DNA from: a virus
Lineage: Duplodnaviria; Caudoviricetes
IMG/VR virus record: IMGVR_UViG_2873571580_000001
DNA length: 64,000 nucleotides
Direction: 5' to 3' (one strand)
Positions 38,547 through 47,480 of the stretch are shown piece after piece (position 1 is the first letter of the stretch; each line of letters opens with the position of its first letter). The position numbers and the translations under genes are program-made. The notes beneath the pieces are model-generated. The model saw nothing but the letters and a program-made list of their open reading frames with translations. It did no database searches and was not told the DNA's origin.

Positions 38547-39725
38547 TTAGGCTGCGGCGACCTTGAGGGCGCGCATCGGTTCGGGGTTGTGCACACCGCC
38601 GCCTACGCGCTTGGTCGTGTAGAACAGTACATAGGGCTTGGCCGTGAACGGATCGCGCAACACACGAACGCCTGTGCGGTCGAACACGGTGTAGGTGCGC
38701 TTGAAGTCACCGAACAGGATCGGCACTGCATTCGCGGCCACATCAGGCATGTCCGGCACTTCCGTCGCGACAAACCCGGCAACGGTGCTTGGCTCCCCAG
38801 CCACATATGTGGGCTGCCAGAGGTAGTTGCCTTGGCCATCCTTGAGCTTGCGGATCACACCCAGCGTCTTGCGGTTCATCGTGAAGCGCGCGCCGCCAGT
38901 GAAGGCGCTCGGCAGGTCATAAACCAGATCGAGAATGCCATCAGCAGTGATTGCAGCGGCCGCGCCAGAATTCACCGTCTTGATTGCGCCAAAGGGGTGC
39001 TTCGCTGCGTTCGCGCCACCAGTGACATAGGTCAGGATGCCGAATGGCTTGTTGGTGCCGTTACCAGACCAGAAACCAACGCCTTCTTGCTTGGAAAACT
39101 CGGTATCGACCTCATTCGCAAGCCACGACTCCAGATTGATCGCGGAGTCATCCAGCATCTGCTGTGTGGCCGCTGGGTTGGCGTAGATTTCTCCCCATCC
39201 GAAGCCCAGCGACGCAAACGTGCTGGTGTTCGTTTGTGGGCGGTCGTCGGTTTCGCCAACCCACCCAGACGATGTGCCGCCCTTGTTGAACAGTTTTGTA
39301 TGTCCCGCACCGGAAACGGTTTGCACATTCGCCAATGCACGCATTGGCGACACAAGCACCAGCTTGTCGGTGATGGTGCGATCCCATTCGACCGGGGCGA
39401 GATAGCCGCCTTCGTCAGCTGCGCCCTTGTTCAGCGCGGACTGGATGTCGCCCTTCTTGAAGTGAGCGCGGAAGGCTTCGCTATATTCCTTGTCCTTCGG
39501 GCCAGCACCGCCGCCAGCACTCATTTGGGCAGCTGCGATCTTGGTGTGAGCATCTTCGATTTCCTTGGTGTGCTGATCCATTGCGGCATTCAGCTTGTCC
39601 AGCTTCGCTTGCAAATCAGCAGTGCCTGCGCCGTCCTTGAGCGCCTTCACTTCGGCGGCGTGGGTGGCCTTAAATTCCTCGAACGCTTGGCCGAGGGCTT
39701 CGATGGTCTTGGTTACGTCAGTCAT
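38547..39725 (-). CDS. Major capsid protein (HK97 fold)
   Basis: GGYLAP.E, WVGE, D.A.NLE.WL, FGDF...Y...DR, KRVGG motifs. Confidence 0.93.
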   Translation of the reverse strand: MTDVTKTIEALGQAFEEFKATHAAEVKALKDGAGTADLQAKLDKLNAAMDQHTKEIEDAHTKIAAAQMSAGGGAGPKDKEYSEAFRAHFKKGDIQSALNKGAADEGGYLAPVEWDRTITDKLVLVSPMRALANVQTVSGAGHTKLFNKGGTSSGWVGETDDRPQTNTSTFASLGFGWGEIYANPAATQQMLDDSAINLESWLANEVDTEFSKQEGVGFWSGNGTNKPFGILTYVTGGANAAKHPFGAIKTVNSGAAAAITADGILDLVYDLPSAFTGGARFTMNRKTLGVIRKLKDGQGNYLWQPTYVAGEPSTVAGFVATEVPDMPDVAANAVPILFGDFKRTYTVFDRTGVRVLRDPFTAKPYVLFYTTKRVGGGVHNPEPMRALKVAAA

Positions 39726-40570
39726 TGTTTGCCTTTCATGGCGGAGATGAGGTTTTGCAGCGATGTCGCTGCGACTTGGTTTGCTGCCGAATCGCTCAGG
39801 CCGCCATTGCCGACCGAATCACTCAGGCCGGACTTGAAATCAGAGAGAAGGGTTTGTGCATCAGTGCGGGACATGCCGCTCGCACGCAAAGCTGCTTCCA
39901 TTCGTCGCACTGCAGCAGCCTTTGTCTTGGTGTCGGACTCGCCGATCTCGGAGTCATCCATCAGCGCGTCAGCCCAGCCCTTTTCGACTGCCGCAGACCC
40001 GCCAATCCATGTCTCTTTGTCCATCATGGACGCGATTTCTTTGGGGTCTACGCCGGTTCGTGCGTGGTAGACATCAGCCATTGCCGCATCAAACGGAGCC
40101 ATTTGCTCGGCGGCTGCAGCCATGTCGTAGCGGTTTCCTACACAGACTGACCAGCAGTTGTGGATCATCAGGAACGAAGGTCGCCCGATGCGGATTTCGT
40201 CAGCTGCCATCGTGATGATCGAGGCTGCGGAGGCTGCAATCCCGAGAACATTTACTGTCACCTTGCCCTTGTGCTCGCGCAACTGGTTGTAGATGGCGAT
40301 GCCCTCGAACATATCGCCGCCAGGACTGTTGATGTTGACCACCACGTCCTTGTCAGAGCCAATCGCCCGCAGCGCTCCGGCGATACGCTTAGAGGTCACA
40401 CCCTCGCCGCTCCACCAGTCTTGTCCGATCACATCAAGGATGCTGATGGTGTTATCCGACTCGCTGGCAGCAGCTTGGACTGGCGACCATTTGGCAAGCG
40501 CACTGGGAGCAATGAACGAACGAAGTCCGCCAAAGCTCGCTTTCAGTTCAGGTAGTTGTTTGAGGCTCAT
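39722..40570 (-). CDS. ClpP-like head maturation protease
   Basis: INSPGGD, AASAAS, FLMIHN, ETW...AVEKG.AD. Confidence 0.9.
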   Translation of the reverse strand: MSLKQLPELKASFGGLRSFIAPSALAKWSPVQAAASESDNTISILDVIGQDWWSGEGVTSKRIAGALRAIGSDKDVVVNINSPGGDMFEGIAIYNQLREHKGKVTVNVLGIAASAASIITMAADEIRIGRPSFLMIHNCWSVCVGNRYDMAAAAEQMAPFDAAMADVYHARTGVDPKEIASMMDKETWIGGSAAVEKGWADALMDDSEIGESDTKTKAAAVRRMEAALRASGMSRTDAQTLLSDFKSGLSDSVGNGGLSDSAANQVAATSLQNLISAMKGKQ

Positions 40571-41786
40571 TCGTTGCCTTTCGTTGGCTCATTGGTTCGG
40601 CCACTTGCGCATGCTTCGGGTCGCCAGATTCAGGCAACTCCGAGAGATCACGCACTTCATCCACACCCATCCAAGGCTGATGCCCGCCAGCGCCGAGCGC
40701 CTTGGCGAAGAACTCAGCCTGATCCTTGAGAGTGCCGCGCATCAGGGCGCGTTCGTTGAACTTGAAATAGAAACGCTCTTGCTCCGAGTCGGACAGCAGA
40801 GAGCGGGATAGCGCCTGCTCCCACGCGGTGAAGCGCGGTGCGAGCGTGAATTGAACGAAGTAGATGGCCAGTTGCTCGATGCCACTGCCCCAGCTCGTGT
40901 CGTCCATCATCAGTAGCGGACGAGGCACGCCGTACAGCCGTGCGATTTCCTCAATCTGGTGATTTCGGTTCTCGATCTGCTGGGCATCCTTGGCGCTGGA
41001 AGTGAACTTGTTCGCCTTCGCGCCCTCTTCCAAAATCATCCACTTGTTGGCGTTCTCCGCGCCCGCATAGTCGGTTGCAAGCGACCCCTGCATCCGCGTG
41101 AATGCGCCATCGGAAAGCTCTCCATCGATCTCAATTGCGCCTCCCGCCATCACGCCTTTCTTGAAGACGTTCCGCGCGGCGGTTTCAGCGGATCGCGCCA
41201 ACTCAATGACGCCTTGCGAGAGCTTGCGACGAGACAGCCCGCAAACGCCATCGGGCGACAACTCGCGGAGGTGCAGAATCTCGGACTGGTCGAGCCCGAT
41301 TTGCCCACCCGTCTCTGTCTGCACCGTGTACTTCATGCGCCAGTCACTGCCGAGCTTGGCGTCTACCTTGCTGAACTCCAGTGGAATCAGGTGAATCGGG
41401 CGGTTGCCTGCACGGATGATTCGCGCATACGCCGAACCGTCCTGCTGCACGCTCATTTCCATCTGACCCTTGAACTCCATCGGCGTCTGCCAAGGGTTCG
41501 GTCGAAGGCGCAGCAGCTTGTGAACCGGGTGATCTTTCGCGATCTCCTTATCCGCGCCAAACTTGTAGATGTTCGTCGGCAACATGCCGATGCCGTTGCA
41601 GATCAGAGTGAGGCTGCGGAACGCCGCCATATTGCGCAACATCTCAACGCTGCCTGCGCCTCCGTTTCGGATGAACTCCAGCAGCGCCGGATCATCCAGT
41701 CCCGAGAACTGAATCCCCCCTGGAGACTCCGCACGCGGGCGCGACTGTGCCTCCGGCTTGAACCGGAACATGTCGAAGAATTTCAT
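40548..41786 (-). CDS. Portal protein (HK97 family)
   Basis: LL..RPNPWQT, EILHLR, EEIARLYGVP motifs. Confidence 0.92.
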   Translation of the reverse strand: MKFFDMFRFKPEAQSRPRAESPGGIQFSGLDDPALLEFIRNGGAGSVEMLRNMAAFRSLTLICNGIGMLPTNIYKFGADKEIAKDHPVHKLLRLRPNPWQTPMEFKGQMEMSVQQDGSAYARIIRAGNRPIHLIPLEFSKVDAKLGSDWRMKYTVQTETGGQIGLDQSEILHLRELSPDGVCGLSRRKLSQGVIELARSAETAARNVFKKGVMAGGAIEIDGELSDGAFTRMQGSLATDYAGAENANKWMILEEGAKANKFTSSAKDAQQIENRNHQIEEIARLYGVPRPLLMMDDTSWGSGIEQLAIYFVQFTLAPRFTAWEQALSRSLLSDSEQERFYFKFNERALMRGTLKDQAEFFAKALGAGGHQPWMGVDEVRDLSELPESGDPKHAQVAEPMSQRKATNEPQTTT

Positions 41787-41795
41787 TGTTCGCCC

Positions 41796-43493
41796 TTACA
41801 AGAAGCGGATTCCGCGCGTTTCGTAGACCGATTTGCGCTTTGCCTCGGGGTTTGTTGCCATGATGGAGATCGCATTCAGCGAAGCCATGACCGGGTCAAT
41901 CTTCGCGGTGCCGCTGGCCTGCTTTGTGATCAACACTGCATTGCCGGATGGCACGACCTTGGCATTGCCGACGCACCAAGCCATCATTTCGGAGCCTGAG
42001 TGTGTAAGCTCGCCAGCCTGCAAAGCACGCTCGGCCACCGCCATCGCGCCTGTCAGTTTCCAGCCCTGCGTAATGCCAATGATCAGATCCTCTGGGATGC
42101 CTACATCCACCAGCGCCTTGAACATCACCTTGTGGGTGCGCTCCGGGTCAAGCCCGATCTGCGCCAGCAACCCAGCGTCATAGACCTGTTTGCACAGCGC
42201 GGCAACCTCTTCCACATCCTGACGCGGGCGCTCGACCACCACCAGATCGCCAGCCCGCTCGAAGTCTCGATATTTCGATTCCTCGGACTTGCGCCGCTCG
42301 ATGCCGATGGGGTGAATCCAAGCCTTGTTCGCAAGCAAGCAGTGCTCGGACTCTTTCCGACGCCCCTCAACAGCAAAGCCGAGCAAGTCATCCAGCCCGC
42401 CGCCATCAATGCCGATGGTCACCACCTCAGACTCACGCAAGATGTAGTCCAGCGTGACGCGCTTGTCGCCGTTCTGCTGCCAGAAGTCGGCGCCTGTCCA
42501 GCGGTCGGAGCGGAGATTCATTCCGACTTCGACGTTCCCGTACTTGGCAAGAAACCCCTTCAAGGAAGCCTCGCCCTCGGACTCCGCTTTTCGGTACTCG
42601 CGCTCCAGGTACTCACGATCCACCGAGTAACCCAGATTCGGGTTCACCATCGGCAGATTTTCGAGCTTCATGTGCTCTTTCGTCGCCACCAGTTCAGGTG
42701 GATGCTCGAACAGGATTGGCACAAACTGCGGATCAATGATCTTGCCGTCCCGCACATCGCGGGCGTATTGCAGCTTCTCCTTGAACACACCTTCAGGAGG
42801 CTCATCGCTCTGCGTCGTGATGTAGATGACAAAGCCCTCTGGCCGCGACGCCAGTCCACCCGTCGCCTCGCGCAGCATGTCCTTGGCCTTGGCCTGCTTG
42901 CCAAACAGCCATAACTCTTCCACCAGCACACCTACGGACTTCTTGCCCGCTGCTGTGTTCGCGTCTGCCGCGATCACCTTCAGCGTTGCATTCTTTTCTC
43001 GATGCGTCAGCGTGCGGACATGCGTCTGAACCTGAATCAGGTCGGATAGCTCGCTCTCGTCCTCGTCGTCATCTCGGTAATGCACCATGTCCTTGGCTGG
43101 GCCAAAGCTATTCGCCGCAACCTCAAGCGTGGGAGCAAGGATGGTGAATTCCGCCGACTGCCGCCAATTGCGGATTAGCGTCGTCAACATGATCGACGCA
43201 GCCAAGCCGGACTTGAAATTCTTCTTGGGCAGCATGACGAACCACTCTTTGATGAGTCGTCGCCCGCTGTCTACGTCATACGCACCAAAGATTGATGCAG
43301 CCAGATCGAACACCCATTGACCACTTGCGTCAGCGATTCGCGGACTACCCGGTGCATCAACAATGCGTAGCTCTCGAAGAACCTCAAGTCCGGCTTCGGC
43401 CTCGTCCGGGAAGATCGGCGGCGGAATGATGGATCGGCCCTCTCGGATGCGATCCGCCCAGTCCGGGCATGCTGTTGTCCAGACTGGCTCCAT
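41796..43493 (-). CDS. terL: Terminase large subunit (cos-type)
   Basis: PKKNFKS, VEELW, GIDGGGLDDL, KIDPVMA motifs. Confidence 0.92.
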   Translation of the reverse strand: MEPVWTTACPDWADRIREGRSIIPPPIFPDEAEAGLEVLRELRIVDAPGSPRIADASGQWVFDLAASIFGAYDVDSGRRLIKEWFVMLPKKNFKSGLAASIMLTTLIRNWRQSAEFTILAPTLEVAANSFGPAKDMVHYRDDDEDESELSDLIQVQTHVRTLTHREKNATLKVIAADANTAAGKKSVGVLVEELWLFGKQAKAKDMLREATGGLASRPEGFVIYITTQSDEPPEGVFKEKLQYARDVRDGKIIDPQFVPILFEHPPELVATKEHMKLENLPMVNPNLGYSVDREYLEREYRKAESEGEASLKGFLAKYGNVEVGMNLRSDRWTGADFWQQNGDKRVTLDYILRESEVVTIGIDGGGLDDLLGFAVEGRRKESEHCLLANKAWIHPIGIERRKSEESKYRDFERAGDLVVVERPRQDVEEVAALCKQVYDAGLLAQIGLDPERTHKVMFKALVDVGIPEDLIIGITQGWKLTGAMAVAERALQAGELTHSGSEMMAWCVGNAKVVPSGNAVLITKQASGTAKIDPVMASLNAISIMATNPEAKRKSVYETRGIRFL

Positions 43494-43504
43494 ATCAAAT
43501 TACC

Positions 43505-43819
43505 TCAAACCTTCTTGCCACCTGATGCCGCCAGCCGAGGCGGTGCAGCCGATGCGAACTTGCCAGCGCCTGCCGCCTTGGCTGCGGCCTGCTTGGCGTC
43601 TTTCTTGCCGCCGTTCTCAGCGCGGCGAACCTGCGCAGACAACAAGGCTTTGGCCGCATCCACGCGGAGCTTTGCCTCGCTCCCGTTATCGTTCATCACC
43701 GCCTTCAAGAACTTATCCGGCTCATCGTAGATGCCGCTCAGGTTCAAGTATTCGGGTTCTTTGGGTGGACGGCCAGCGCCAGGACGCGAGCCGCCGCTTC
43801 GTCCTTTGACTCCGGCCAT
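43505..43819 (-). CDS. terS: Terminase small subunit
   Basis: MAGVKGRSGGSRPGAGRP start; directly upstream of terL. Confidence 0.75.
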   Translation of the reverse strand: MAGVKGRSGGSRPGAGRPPKEPEYLNLSGIYDEPDKFLKAVMNDNGSEAKLRVDAAKALLSAQVRRAENGGKKDAKQAAAKAAGAGKFASAAPPRLAASGGKKV

Positions 43820-43829
43820 AACTACCTCA

Positions 43830-43930
43830 TTTGATTTATTTGAATCGGGGGAATTTTTCTGCGCGTGCGAAACAGGTCGGTTTCCAGCCGTCCGACCTCC
43901 CAGACTTTCGACCACCCCCTCCCCATCGAT
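43830..43930 (-). other. Probable cos (packaging) region
   Basis: Non-coding gap between HNH and terS with GGGGAGGGGGTGGTCGAAAGT...CGCGCAGAAAAATTCCC, the usual position in HK97-like phages. Confidence 0.55.
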
Positions 43931-43974
43931 CCTGCTGGTTCGCGTCAGATCAACGCAGGTGATGCGATCACGAT

Positions 43975-44286
43975 TCAGCCAGTGCGATACCGCTCCTGCG
44001 CCTCTCGCTTCGTCTTGGCCTTATGGCAGTCCACACACCTGACGACTAGGTTTGACTGGTCATTGCTACCACCCTGTTCAAGCGGCTTGTCGTGGTCAAC
44101 CTCGTTCGAGGCATGCACCCGGCCACAGTCCACGCAGGTGAACGAGCCAGCGACCAAAGCCTTCTGCCTTGTCTTCATCCACTGGCTGCCTCGAATGCGA
44201 GGGGTTGCCCCCGCCTTGGTGTCCAGCACCTTGACCCGGCTTGTGTTCAGGATCGGCAGGCTGGATTTAAGCGTCTTGAGCTTCAT
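43975..44286 (-). CDS. Packaging-associated HNH endonuclease
   Basis: CVDCG...EVDH...GG.N...NL...CVDCH..KT..E. Confidence 0.88.
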   Translation of the reverse strand: MKLKTLKSSLPILNTSRVKVLDTKAGATPRIRGSQWMKTRQKALVAGSFTCVDCGRVHASNEVDHDKPLEQGGSNDQSNLVVRCVDCHKAKTKREAQERYRTG

Positions 44287-44488
44287 CCCCATCCTCGGGC
44301 GCATAGGGCCGAACCAGTGGTTCGCTGACCTCGTTCACGAATGGGCCGAGTTCACGTACCGTGATCGCGCCCTCTCCATGAACAAGGAACGAGTGATGTG
44401 ATCCGGGCTGCATGCGGGTCTGACCTGCTTGCGTTGTCACCAGGACTTGCTTGTTGCCGCTGACGGCGATGTGTACTGATGTGGTCAT
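44267..44488 (-). CDS. Small hypothetical protein
   Basis: AAGGCA-type RBS region and overlap with HNH start. Confidence 0.5.
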   Translation of the reverse strand: MTTSVHIAVSGNKQVLVTTQAGQTRMQPGSHHSFLVHGEGAITVRELGPFVNEVSEPLVRPYAPEDGDEAQDA

Positions 44489-44733
44489 ATTGCCTTCTCT
44501 GCTTAAGCTTGGATTGACTGTTTCATCTCACCACCTCACGCCACCGCTTCGGTCATCGATGGTGCAAGGGACCACGGAGCGCGGCCCTTCGTTGTACCGC
44601 CGAACCATCCGATTCCACTTTGCCGTGAACAGATCCTCGATGGCCCGCTTCAAAAGACTTCTGACCCACTTACGGAACCTGATCTCGGCACACATTTGCC
44701 TCTGCCCACGCTTCCTGATTGATCGGATGGAGG

Positions 44734-45078
44734 TCATGCCCAGGACTCCTCAGCCCAGCCACCGAGCAGCTCATTCATCTTGCGCTGCTCGGCAAGGATC
44801 TGCTCCAGCAGTTCGCGCTTGGATGGCTGCAGTTCGCCTTGCCTAAGCGCACGCTTCAAAGCTGCGCCATGAAGCAATGCGGCATTTTCCGCAGGCGAGA
44901 TGATTCGCTCTCCCAAATGAGCCGCCCGCACCATGTCCTCGTAGTCCCAACGCATCGCCTTCCCCAGCCTCCCCATTGTTACGCCAGCGTCATTTAACTC
45001 GCGAATGAAGCCCGCCACATCAGATGTGTGCTTGTACTTTTCATGAATCTGCTTGATGACTTGATCTGTCATGTGCAC
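44734..45078 (-). CDS. Phage hypothetical protein
   Basis: 114-aa ORF with GAGG upstream, late-operon orientation. Confidence 0.55.
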   Translation of the reverse strand: MHMTDQVIKQIHEKYKHTSDVAGFIRELNDAGVTMGRLGKAMRWDYEDMVRAAHLGERIISPAENAALLHGAALKRALRQGELQPSKRELLEQILAEQRKMNELLGGWAEESWA

Positions 45079-45310
45079 CTCTCATTGGGTCGCAGGGGCC
45101 AAGGCTCCTAGATATGCTCGACGAAGCGGTGAGCCTGCCCTGCGGGAAACAAAAAAGCCAGCTCGACGGCTGGCCTTGGAATTGGTGCCCCATCAGACTG
45201 CCACACGGCTGGGGTTGCTGTTCGCTCTACAAGCGCCCCGCGAGCTATCGGAAGGAGATGCCGCGCAATCAATCCACTCATGCGCGGCCCGAGCTTGCTT
45301 CGGGTGATGT

Positions 45311-45385
45311 TGGTGGGCCCGGAAGAATTCGACCCCTCATCGTCCGGTTCGTAGCCGAAAGTCCTGTCCATTGAACGACAGGCCG
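45311..45385 (-). tRNA. Phage tRNA-Arg(ACG)-like gene, possibly degenerate
   Basis: Cloverleaf with anticodon arm TTCGG-CTACGAA-CCGGA and encoded CCA; C1:C72 mismatch and T-loop GTCGAAT. Confidence 0.7.
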
Positions 45386-45454
45386 AGAAATGCAAAAGCC
45401 GTCCACTTGGGACGGCTTCGAAGCTGGGTTGGCAGGAGTCAGCAAAGAGTCAAC

Positions 45455-45760
45455 TTATTCAACTGAACCTTGCTTGATGAGGATTTCGAAAGGCCCGACC
45501 TCCACGACATCACCAGTGAAAAGTATCTTGTGCTTGACAGCAATTCCATTCACGCGAACACCGTTCATGCTGTCATTGTCTTTCAGGCTGACCAGATTTG
45601 ACCACCGCTTGATCACCCCATGCACTCGGCTGACAGAGGGCGATGAGAGCTTGATCGTGTTGCCTGGCTCTCGGCCAAATGTGCTGAGGCCCTGCTTTAA
45701 CACTACCACTCGAACCTCCGAGGTTCCCCTTCTTTTGATGACTATTTCTGGTGTTTGCAT
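45455..45760 (-). CDS. Stand-alone FHA-domain protein
   Basis: TFGREP, SVSRVH, DSMNGVRVNG, GDVVEVG: the conserved GR, SxxH and NG residues. Confidence 0.85.
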   Translation of the reverse strand: MQTPEIVIKRRGTSEVRVVVLKQGLSTFGREPGNTIKLSSPSVSRVHGVIKRWSNLVSLKDNDSMNGVRVNGIAVKHKILFTGDVVEVGPFEILIKQGSVE

Positions 45761-46072
45761 CTCGATCTCCTCACCACTCAACATCCAATTGAATAGGCAT
45801 GTCACTGAATGGGTCGGGCCAGATTTTAGTTATTTGCAAACAATCATTCAGAAACAATAGTCAACAATCATTAACTTTTTAAATCAGATCTCACAAAACA
45901 AAAGCCCCGTCCATTTCTGAACAGGGCTTCAACTCCATTGCTACGGTCCACAAACACGAAACCCTCCGCACAGGGAGGGCTCAATCACTGAGTTTTACCG
46001 ACAAATCGGCCTCCGTGTGCGGAAGGTCGACCCTGTTGGTGCGTCACGCGGCGCTCAGTCGTTAGCGTAATT

Positions 46073-46531
46073 CTACATCAAGTCTTTTTCGACCGTCAAC
46101 ACACGCGCCAACTGTGCGGCTGAGTCCACCAGCGCGGCAGCCTGATCGGAATGACTGCGAGAATTGAAGCGCCTTCCATTCTTCTCAAGCGTGCATACCG
46201 TTTGCCCATTTCTGGTCATGTAGCTGATGCCCCACCCCATCGCCTTCAAGCGCCACTCGACAGGCATGGAGTTCAACCTCCCATGACCTGGCCGGAGTTG
46301 CGAGCGAAGCCACAATTTCCGCTCTTCCTCTCGGCCTGGACGCTGATCGGCGTAGCTCCCAAACTCGATTTCCCATCCGCATTGCCGACACCGCGTCATC
46401 CAGCCAAATGAATGGGAGCGGCGCACGAAGGTATCGTGATGTCCACAGTCTCCAAGAATTCTTTCATTGACCACCAACTCGTCATCGGATGGCAGCGGAT
46501 AGCATTCCAAAGGCATGTCCAGCTTGTTCAT
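46073..46531 (-). CDS. Hypothetical with Cys/His cluster
   Basis: CGHH...CRQC; coupled to Q-like gene. Confidence 0.55.
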   Translation of the reverse strand: MNKLDMPLECYPLPSDDELVVNERILGDCGHHDTFVRRSHSFGWMTRCRQCGWEIEFGSYADQRPGREEERKLWLRSQLRPGHGRLNSMPVEWRLKAMGWGISYMTRNGQTVCTLEKNGRRFNSRSHSDQAAALVDSAAQLARVLTVEKDLM

Positions 46532-46947
46532 CACATCCCCCGGTTGATCAGCATCTGGCGGCCTGACACCAGAAGATCGAACAGGCCGTGAGCCGAGACG
46601 CCCAATGCCTCGCAAATCCGTCGCGGGCTGCATGGACGCACATAGAGCCAGTTCAAGGCATGTCGGTGTTTCTCAGGCAATCCCTGCACGGCACTCGCAA
46701 CCTTCGAGGCGTCCGCAATATCCACGGAGACAGCGCCGCCTCTGGAGGTCACATCACGACGCTGAGGCGGTGTGGGCGGGGTCAGCCGAAACATAGGGCA
46801 AGAGGACGGAGCACCCCATCCACCGAGGCACCAGCGCCCCCAGTTGGCCAAGCGCTTGTCGACTGGTCGCTGCTCTGGCGACACTGCATTGAAATCAATT
46901 GGTTGTCTGTTCAATCGCTGCTCCTTCTGTTCAATCCACTCGCTCAA
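46531..46947 (-). CDS. Late-gene antiterminator/activator (Q-like)
   Basis: RL.NWGRW, AV..LP...R..L...YV, C-terminal HTH; between replication and late genes. Confidence 0.7.
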   Translation of the reverse strand: MSEWIEQKEQRLNRQPIDFNAVSPEQRPVDKRLANWGRWCLGGWGAPSSCPMFRLTPPTPPQRRDVTSRGGAVSVDIADASKVASAVQGLPEKHRHALNWLYVRPCSPRRICEALGVSAHGLFDLLVSGRQMLINRGM

Positions 46948-47170
46948 TCACACCCACACGGCCAGCCGCAGCAAGCCTGTCCATGTTTGCCCGCATCCCA
47001 TCAGCAGCAGCGCGACACGCGTCATCTGATCCAATGAACAGCGGCACGTAATCCATGCTTCGATTCGCAATGAATGCACGGAGATTCGAGCGGAGCATTT
47101 CGGCCAGCGGCTCAACATGAAGCGCGCGCTGCGACTGACTCCAAAGCAAGGCGTGGGATTCAAGTTGCAT
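46931..47170 (-). CDS. Small hypothetical (tandem paralog 2)
   Basis: LLWSQSQRALHVEPLAEML...DYVPLFIG. Confidence 0.65.
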   Translation of the reverse strand: MQLESHALLWSQSQRALHVEPLAEMLRSNLRAFIANRSMDYVPLFIGSDDACRAAADGMRANMDRLAAAGRVGVIERVD

Positions 47171-47180
47171 TTCAGGGATC

Positions 47181-47480
47181 TCACGGCAGTTGGTCATAGG
47201 GCAGATGTCCAACCTCGCCGTTGTGCTTCTCGTCATGGCGCTTGGTCATCGTGTGACGGATCGCCTCGGCGGCCTGCTCCACAACGAACTCATCACCAAT
47301 CACCAGAGGCACATACTCAGTTGCCAAATCCATGCGAAAGGCACCAAGGTGATCGCTCAGCATTTCTGCCAGCGTCTCGATGTGCAGCATCCCTTGCTGT
47401 TGGCTCCACATAAGCACCCAGACCTTTGATGGATCGAACGTTGGATGCTCAGCGAGCAAAGGCTGTTTCAAGCTTTTCAT
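47181..47480 (-). CDS. Small hypothetical (tandem paralog 1)
   Basis: LMWSQQQGMLHIETLAEML...EYVPLVIG. Confidence 0.65.
   Translation of the reverse strand: MKSLKQPLLAEHPTFDPSKVWVLMWSQQQGMLHIETLAEMLSDHLGAFRMDLATEYVPLVIGDEFVVEQAAEAIRHTMTKRHDEKHNGEVGHLPYDQLP

Noticed and set aside
45182-45250. Second TGGTG-starting tRNA-like stretch
   Set aside because: No T-arm or anticodon arm can be folded.
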